This document shows, in pieces, positions 59,003-64,000 of a DNA stretch of 64,000 nt. This DNA is from an uncultured Syntrophobacteraceae bacterium. GTDB taxonomy: Bacteria; Desulfobacterota; Syntrophobacteria; Syntrophobacterales; Syntrophobacteraceae. The notes below the pieces were generated by a model. That model saw only the letters and a program-made list of their open reading frames with translations, was not told the DNA's origin and did no database searches. Position 1 is the first letter of the stretch. Every line of letters starts with the position of its first letter. The translations under genes and the position numbers were made by a program. Location: assembly GCA_964505935.1 (NCBI GenBank), contig CAZDKX010000002.1, positions 2,617 through 66,616 of the forward strand, read 5' to 3'.

Positions 59003-62000
59003 TCACACCTGTTCTCGGTCCCGGTTCGGACCAGGATATTCGATCGGCTGATCAGGCGGAGGTTTCTCTTTCTTTGCGGGCGAGCGCTCGGCGAGCCGGT
59101 CGAAAAGATAGAAAAAAAGCGGTACGTACAGCATGGCCAGGGTGGTTTCCCCGATCATGCCGCCGATGATGCCGGTGCCGATGGAATGGCGGGCATTGGC
59201 GCCCGCGCCGGTGGCAACGGCCAGCGGCAGCACCCCGAGAATGAACGCCAGCGAGGTCATGATGATCGGCCGCAGCCGCTCCTCGCCCGCCTTGATGGTC
59301 GCATCCATGATCGACAAGCCCTGTTGGCGCAGTTCGACGGCGAAGGTGACCCGGAGCACGGCGTTCTTGGCCCCGAGCCCAATCAGCACCAGCAGGCCGA
59401 TCTGGAAATAGACGTCGTTCTGGAGGCCCCGCAGCCAGTTGAAGACAAGCGCGCCGAGGATCCCGAAGGGCACCGCCGTCATGACCGATCCCGGCAGCGT
59501 CCAGGATTCGAACTGGGCGGCCAGGACGAGAAAGACGATGATGAGGCCGAAAGCGAAGGCGGCCATGGAGGTGGCCCCGGATTTCTTTTCCTCGAAGGCC
59601 ATGCCCGACCAGGCAAAATCGTAGCCGTCAGGCAGCATCTCGCGCCCCAGCTCCTCCATCGCCTGGATGGCATCCCCCGAGCTGTGGCCCGCCGCCGCGG
59701 CGCCGGTGATCTGGGCCGCGGGAAACCCGTTGAAGTGGGGCACCAGGTCGGGGCCGGTTACGTATGCGGTCTTGACCAGAGCGGAAAGCGGTACCATTTG
59801 ATTGTCCCGGGTTTTAGTGTACAGCCGGGCAATATCGGAAGGGTGGGTCCGGAAGGGGGCGTCGGATTGGAGGACCACGTTCCACACCCGGCTGAACTGG
59901 TTGAACTGGCTGACCGTGATCGAGCCGAACTGGGCCTGCATGGCGCTGTAGACCTCCGCCACCGGCACGCCGAGCAGCACCGCCCTGGAACGGTCGACTT
60001 CAGCCCGGAGTTGCTGCGAGGCGGCCCGGAAGGTCGAGTTCAGGCCGCTGAGTTCGGAGCGCTGCCGGGCTCGAGCGAGAAACTGCTGCGTCACTTCGTA
60101 AAGCTGCTCGGGGTCTCCGGCCTTCTTGTCCTGGATCCAGAACTCAAATCCGCCCGTGGTGCCGATGCCGGGAATCGCCGGCGGGGCGATCGGAATGAAC
60201 ACGCCCGTATGGATATGGGTGCGGGCGTCGGCCAGCGCCTGGAGCAGGACCGCCTTGGCGTTCTCCTTGCGGGCCCGGGCGATCGACGCATAGCGTTCCT
60301 TGAAGTCCTTCAGCGGCACGAACAGGGTTGCCGCACTGGTCTTGTACTGACCGTCGATCAGACTGTAGCCGTTGACCACCGCCCGGTCGGCCACCGCGGG
60401 ATTGGCGGCGAACAGCCGGTCCATCACCGCCGAGGTGCGGGCCGTGCGGTGGAGGTTGGCGACGTCGGGCATCACGATCATGGACATTAAATAGCCCTGA
60501 TCCTCATTGGGCACAAAACTTGTGGGGATGGTGCGCAACAGGTATACGAGCCCCCCGATCAAGGCGGCGAGCAGGATAAACGCCACCCCCATCCGCTTGA
60601 TCATGAAGACCACCACCTCGCCGAAGGCCCGGGTGAAACGGTCGAACCGCCGGTTGAACCAGGCGAACGGGCCGCGCTCCGGCGGCGTCCGGTGCTTGAG
60701 CATGACTCCGCACATGGCCGGGGTGAGGGTGAGCGCCACAAACCCCGAGAGCGCCACCGAAATGACGATGGTGATGGCGAACTGTTTGTAGAGCTGCCCC
60801 GTGGTGCCCGGCAGAAACGCCGCCGGGATGAACACCGAGGCCATCACCAGCACCACCGCCACCAGCGAGGTGGCGATCTGCTCCATGGCCCGAATCGTGG
60901 CCTCGCGGGGCGAGAGGTGAAATTTCACCATATTGCGTTCAACATTTTCGACCACGACGATGGCATCGTCGACCACCATGCCGATGGCGAGCACAATGCC
61001 GAAGAGCGTCAGCAGGTTGATGGAAAAGCCCATGGCCAGCATGCCGGGAAAGGTCCCGATGAGGGCCACGAAGATGGCGACCGTGCAGATGATGGTGGCC
61101 CGGAAGCTCTGGAGAAAGAGATAGACGATCAGCACTACCAGGATCACGGCTTCAATGAGCGTATAGACAATCTCCTCGATGGAAAGGCGCACAAAATCGG
61201 TGGTGTCGAGCACGATTTGGTATGCGATGCCGTCGGGCATCGTTTGTTTCAGCTTCTCCAGGGTCTGGCGCACGGCTTTGGAAACTTCGAGCCCGTTAGC
61301 ACCGGGCTGCTGATAGACGGCAACCAGCGCGGCGGGGGCGCCGTTCAACCGGTTGTCTTCGACGTAGGCCTTGCGCCCGACTTCGGCACGGGCGACGTCC
61401 TTGAGCCGGACCGTGGCACTGCCGTCCCGGCTGCCGCGCAGGATAATGGCTTCATACTGCGCGGGCTGGATGAAAGGGGGCTGGGTCACCACCGGGAAGG
61501 TCAGCTGAAGTTGGCCGGCATTGGGCTGCTGACCGATCTGGCCGGCGCCGAAGAGGGCGTTCTGACGCGCCACGGCTTGTTGAATATCGGTGGTCGTGAT
61601 CCCGAGGGAGGCCATTCGGTCCGGGTTCATCCAGATGCGCATCGCCTGGTCGGGCACGCCGAAAATCTGCGCCTGGCCTGCGCCGTTGACGCGTTTGACG
61701 GCGTCGAGCACATAGACGTTAGCATAGTTGGTAACGTACTCCGCGCTGAAGCGCCCGTCCCGGTTGCTCACCCCGATGATCATCAAGATGGTGGACGACT
61801 TTTTCTGCACCGACACGCCGTACTGCACCACCGCCGCCGGAAGCTGCGGCGCGGCTAGATTGACTCGGTTCTGTACCTGCACCTGGGCGATATCGGGATC
61901 GGTGTCGAGGCTGAAGTAGACGGTGATCGTCAGCTGGCCGGTGCTGGAACTGGTCGACGTCATATAGAGCATGTTGTCGACGCCGTTGATCTGCTCCTCG

Positions 62001-62197
62001 ATGGGAGCGGCCACCGAGTCGCCGACCGTCTTAGCGTCCGCGCCCGGATAGGTGGTCGTCACCGTGATCTGCACCGGGGTGATGGTCGGATACTGGGCGA
62101 CCGGCAGCGCCTGCATCGCCACCAGACCGGCGATCACGATGATGAGCGAAACCACCGTGGCAAAGATGGGCCGCTCGATGAAGAATTTCGAGAACAC
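59003..62197 (-). CDS. RND efflux permease (AcrB/MexB/MdtC type), 1064 aa, GTG start
   Basis: (V)FSKFFIERPIFATVVSLIIVIAG... canonical N-terminus and 12-TM architecture. AGGAGG lies 10 nt before the GTG at 62197. Confidence 0.92.
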   Translation of the reverse strand: MFSKFFIERPIFATVVSLIIVIAGLVAMQALPVAQYPTITPVQITVTTTYPGADAKTVGDSVAAPIEEQINGVDNMLYMTSTSSSTGQLTITVYFSLDTDPDIAQVQVQNRVNLAAPQLPAAVVQYGVSVQKKSSTILMIIGVSNRDGRFSAEYVTNYANVYVLDAVKRVNGAGQAQIFGVPDQAMRIWMNPDRMASLGITTTDIQQAVARQNALFGAGQIGQQPNAGQLQLTFPVVTQPPFIQPAQYEAIILRGSRDGSATVRLKDVARAEVGRKAYVEDNRLNGAPAALVAVYQQPGANGLEVSKAVRQTLEKLKQTMPDGIAYQIVLDTTDFVRLSIEEIVYTLIEAVILVVLIVYLFLQSFRATIICTVAIFVALIGTFPGMLAMGFSINLLTLFGIVLAIGMVVDDAIVVVENVERNMVKFHLSPREATIRAMEQIATSLVAVVLVMASVFIPAAFLPGTTGQLYKQFAITIVISVALSGFVALTLTPAMCGVMLKHRTPPERGPFAWFNRRFDRFTRAFGEVVVFMIKRMGVAFILLAALIGGLVYLLRTIPTSFVPNEDQGYLMSMIVMPDVANLHRTARTSAVMDRLFAANPAVADRAVVNGYSLIDGQYKTSAATLFVPLKDFKERYASIARARKENAKAVLLQALADARTHIHTGVFIPIAPPAIPGIGTTGGFEFWIQDKKAGDPEQLYEVTQQFLARARQRSELSGLNSTFRAASQQLRAEVDRSRAVLLGVPVAEVYSAMQAQFGSITVSQFNQFSRVWNVVLQSDAPFRTHPSDIARLYTKTRDNQMVPLSALVKTAYVTGPDLVPHFNGFPAAQITGAAAAGHSSGDAIQAMEELGREMLPDGYDFAWSGMAFEEKKSGATSMAAFAFGLIIVFLVLAAQFESWTLPGSVMTAVPFGILGALVFNWLRGLQNDVYFQIGLLVLIGLGAKNAVLRVTFAVELRQQGLSIMDATIKAGEERLRPIIMTSLAFILGVLPLAVATGAGANARHSIGTGIIGGMIGETTLAMLYVPLFFYLFDRLAERSPAKKEKPPPDQPIEYPGPNRDREQV

Positions 62198-62255
62198 TGG
62201 CTGGTGGCCTCCTGAACCTGGCACCCTCTAAAGAGTCGCCCTCTATTTCTTTCTC

Positions 62256-62330
62256 ACCACGAAGGACGCGAAGAGCGCGAGGAAGAAACCACCTTTCTTA
62301 TCTCTTCGTGTTCTTCGTGTCCTTCGTGGT
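62256..62330. repeat. CACGAAG/CTTCGTG REP-like hairpin between the two RND permease genes
   Basis: ACCACGAAGGACGCGAAGAGCGCGAGGAAG - loop - CTCTTCGTGTTCTTCGTGTCCTTCGTGGT. Confidence 0.8.
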
Positions 62331-62394
62331 CAAGGAGAGGCGTCTTTGGCGTTATCAATAGACTTTGGCAATAGCTGCTCCTTCACAGTTACAC

Positions 62395-64000
62395 CTATTC
62401 TTGATCGTGGCTCGGGCCAATACCCTCGATCGACTCGTCAGGCGGAGACTGCTCATTTTTTAATTTCGGGCGCTCGGCGAGTCGGTCGAAGAGATAGAAA
62501 AAGAGCGGCACGTAAATCATCGCCAGCGTGGTTTCGCCGATCATACCGCCGATGATGCCGGTGCCGATCGAGTGGCGGGCGTTGGCGCCCGCGCCGGAGG
62601 CAATCGCCAGCGGCAGCACGCCCAGAATAAACGCCAGGGAGGTCATGATAATCGGCCGCAGCCGCTCCTCACCCGCCTTGATGGTCGCATCCATGATCGA
62701 CATGCCTTCGCGGCGCAATTCGACGGCGAAGGTGACCCGGAGGACGGCGTTCTTCGCCCCGAGCCCGATCAGCACCAGCAGGCCGATCTGGAAATAGACA
62801 TCGTTCTCTAAACCCCGCAGCCAGTTGAACACGAAGGCACCGAGGATCCCGAAGGGCACCGCCGTCATGACCGAGCCCGGCAGGGTCCAGGATTCAAACT
62901 GGGCGGCGAGGACGAGAAAGACGATGATCAGGCTGAAGATAAACGCCGCCGTCGAGGTCGCCCCCGCTTTCTTTTCCTCGAACGCCATCCCCGACCAGGC
63001 AAAATGGTAATCGGCGGGGAGCACCTCGTGCGCCGTCTCTTCCATCGCTCGGATAGCATCTCCCGAACTGAAGCCCGCCGCCGCGGCGCCAGTGATCTGG
63101 GCGGCGGGAAAGCCGTTGAAGTGGGGAACCAGATCGGGGCCGGTCACGTATTCGGTCTTGACCAGCGCGGAAAGCGGCACCATCTGTTGCTCCTCGGACC
63201 GCGTGTAGAGCCGCGTGATGTCCCGCGGATCACTCCGGTAGGGGGCGTCGGACTGGAGGATGACGTTCCACACCCGGCTGAACTGGTTGAACTGGCTGAC
63301 CGTGATCGAGCCGAACTGGGCCTGCACGGCGCTGTAGACATCCTCGATGGGCACACCGAGCAGCACGGACTTGGAGCGGTCAACTTCAGCCCGGAGCTGT
63401 TGCGAGGAGGCGAGGAAGGTCGAGTTCAGGCCGCTGAGCTCGCGCCGCGCGCGCGCGCTGGCGAGAAATTTCTGGGTAAGATCATACAGCCGCGCCGGAT
63501 CTCCCGCCCCAGTATCCTGGATCCAGAACTCGAAACCGTCGGTCGTGCCGATGCCGGGGATCGCCGCCGGAAAGAGCGGGAGCAGCTCACCGGTATCGAT
63601 GCTGCCGCGCACTCTGGCGGCCACATCCTGAAAGACGGCCCGGGCGCTTTCCTTGGCGGCGTTCTCCCGCGAAGCATAGCGCTCCTTGAAGTCCTTGAGC
63701 ATGATGAAGAGCGTCGCCGCGTTGTTCTTCGTCTGCAGATCGAGCACGCTGAAGCCGTTCAGCACCACCCGATGGGCTACGGCCGGGTTTTTCGCGAACA
63801 GCCCGTCAATGAGGTCGGTGCCTGCAGCGGTGCGGCCGATGCTCGCCGCATCGGGCAGGACGAAGACGGGGAACAGATAGCCTTGGTCCTCGTTCGGCAC
63901 AAAGCTTGTCGGGATAGTCCGGAAGAGAGACACGAGCCCTCCGATCAACACCGCGAGCAGCACAAACGCCACCCCCATTCGTTTGATCATGAAGACCACG
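62395..64000 (-). CDS. RND efflux permease, C-terminal ~535 codons; the gene continues past the right edge; close paralogue of 59003-62197
   Basis: Open to the window end. Collinear with the C-terminal half of the neighbouring permease, with long identical runs such as GSITVSQFNQFSRVWNV and FLVLAAQFESWTLPGSVMTAVPFGILGA. Confidence 0.9.
   Translation of the reverse strand, partial: VVFMIKRMGVAFVLLAVLIGGLVSLFRTIPTSFVPNEDQGYLFPVFVLPDAASIGRTAAGTDLIDGLFAKNPAVAHRVVLNGFSVLDLQTKNNAATLFIMLKDFKERYASRENAAKESARAVFQDVAARVRGSIDTGELLPLFPAAIPGIGTTDGFEFWIQDTGAGDPARLYDLTQKFLASARARRELSGLNSTFLASSQQLRAEVDRSKSVLLGVPIEDVYSAVQAQFGSITVSQFNQFSRVWNVILQSDAPYRSDPRDITRLYTRSEEQQMVPLSALVKTEYVTGPDLVPHFNGFPAAQITGAAAAGFSSGDAIRAMEETAHEVLPADYHFAWSGMAFEEKKAGATSTAAFIFSLIIVFLVLAAQFESWTLPGSVMTAVPFGILGAFVFNWLRGLENDVYFQIGLLVLIGLGAKNAVLRVTFAVELRREGMSIMDATIKAGEERLRPIIMTSLAFILGVLPLAIASGAGANARHSIGTGIIGGMIGETTLAMIYVPLFFYLFDRLAERPKLKNEQSPPDESIEGIGPSHDQE

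Overview
Gene-dense 64-kb chromosomal segment at about 60% G+C. No rRNA or tRNA genes, CRISPR arrays, transposases or integrases were seen. Gene content suggests an anaerobic Desulfobacterota/Deltaproteobacteria-like bacterium, but this is inference only. The supporting genes are HcpR-Hcp, a 2-oxoacid:ferredoxin oxidoreductase, CIRCE-controlled groESL, pilB-pilC-pilS, very large hybrid histidine kinases with periplasmic binding-protein-like sensor domains, and a PxxKW-type Cys-rich protein.

Gene order, left to right:
- ileS (partial), groES/groEL, and a pilS-like kinase with pilC and pilB
- a small Cys-rich protein and the alpha/beta subunits of the 2-oxoacid:ferredoxin oxidoreductase
- fabH, an SDR, a tRNA m6A methyltransferase and a DUF1015 protein
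- three consecutive hybrid sensor kinases spanning 9.6 kb
- a nitrosative/oxidative stress island: flavoredoxin-like reductase, HcpR, Hcp, an HD protein, an Fe-S protein and Cu/Zn SOD
- a ugp/mal-type ABC importer
- a roughly 1-kb AT-richer stretch with no convincing ORF, bracketed by a consensus sigma-54 promoter and a strong intrinsic terminator
- an M48 peptidase, an APH-type kinase, and an M6-like peptidase interrupted by one in-frame TGA
- a class IV aminotransferase, isoaspartyl dipeptidase and a dpp-type ABC importer
- a 741-aa duplicated (eukaryote-like) phosphofructokinase
- a three-gene cell-wall module: exported protein, GH24 lysozyme/PG-binding/LD-transpeptidase-fold fusion, exported SH3 protein
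- an RND efflux operon with two tandem, highly similar permeases (the upstream one runs off the right edge)

Intergenic regions carry several recurring REP/BIME-like palindromic element families. Many long ORFs in the track are antisense shadows of real genes, as expected at high G+C, and were rejected.

Nothing here matches a known defence or mobile system. The most unusual loci are the sigma-54/terminator-bracketed noncoding stretch (37.5-38.5 kb), the signal-less triple-domain peptidoglycan enzyme with its flanking exported proteins (54.1-57.2 kb), and the in-frame TGA with a SECIS-like hairpin (41.8 kb).
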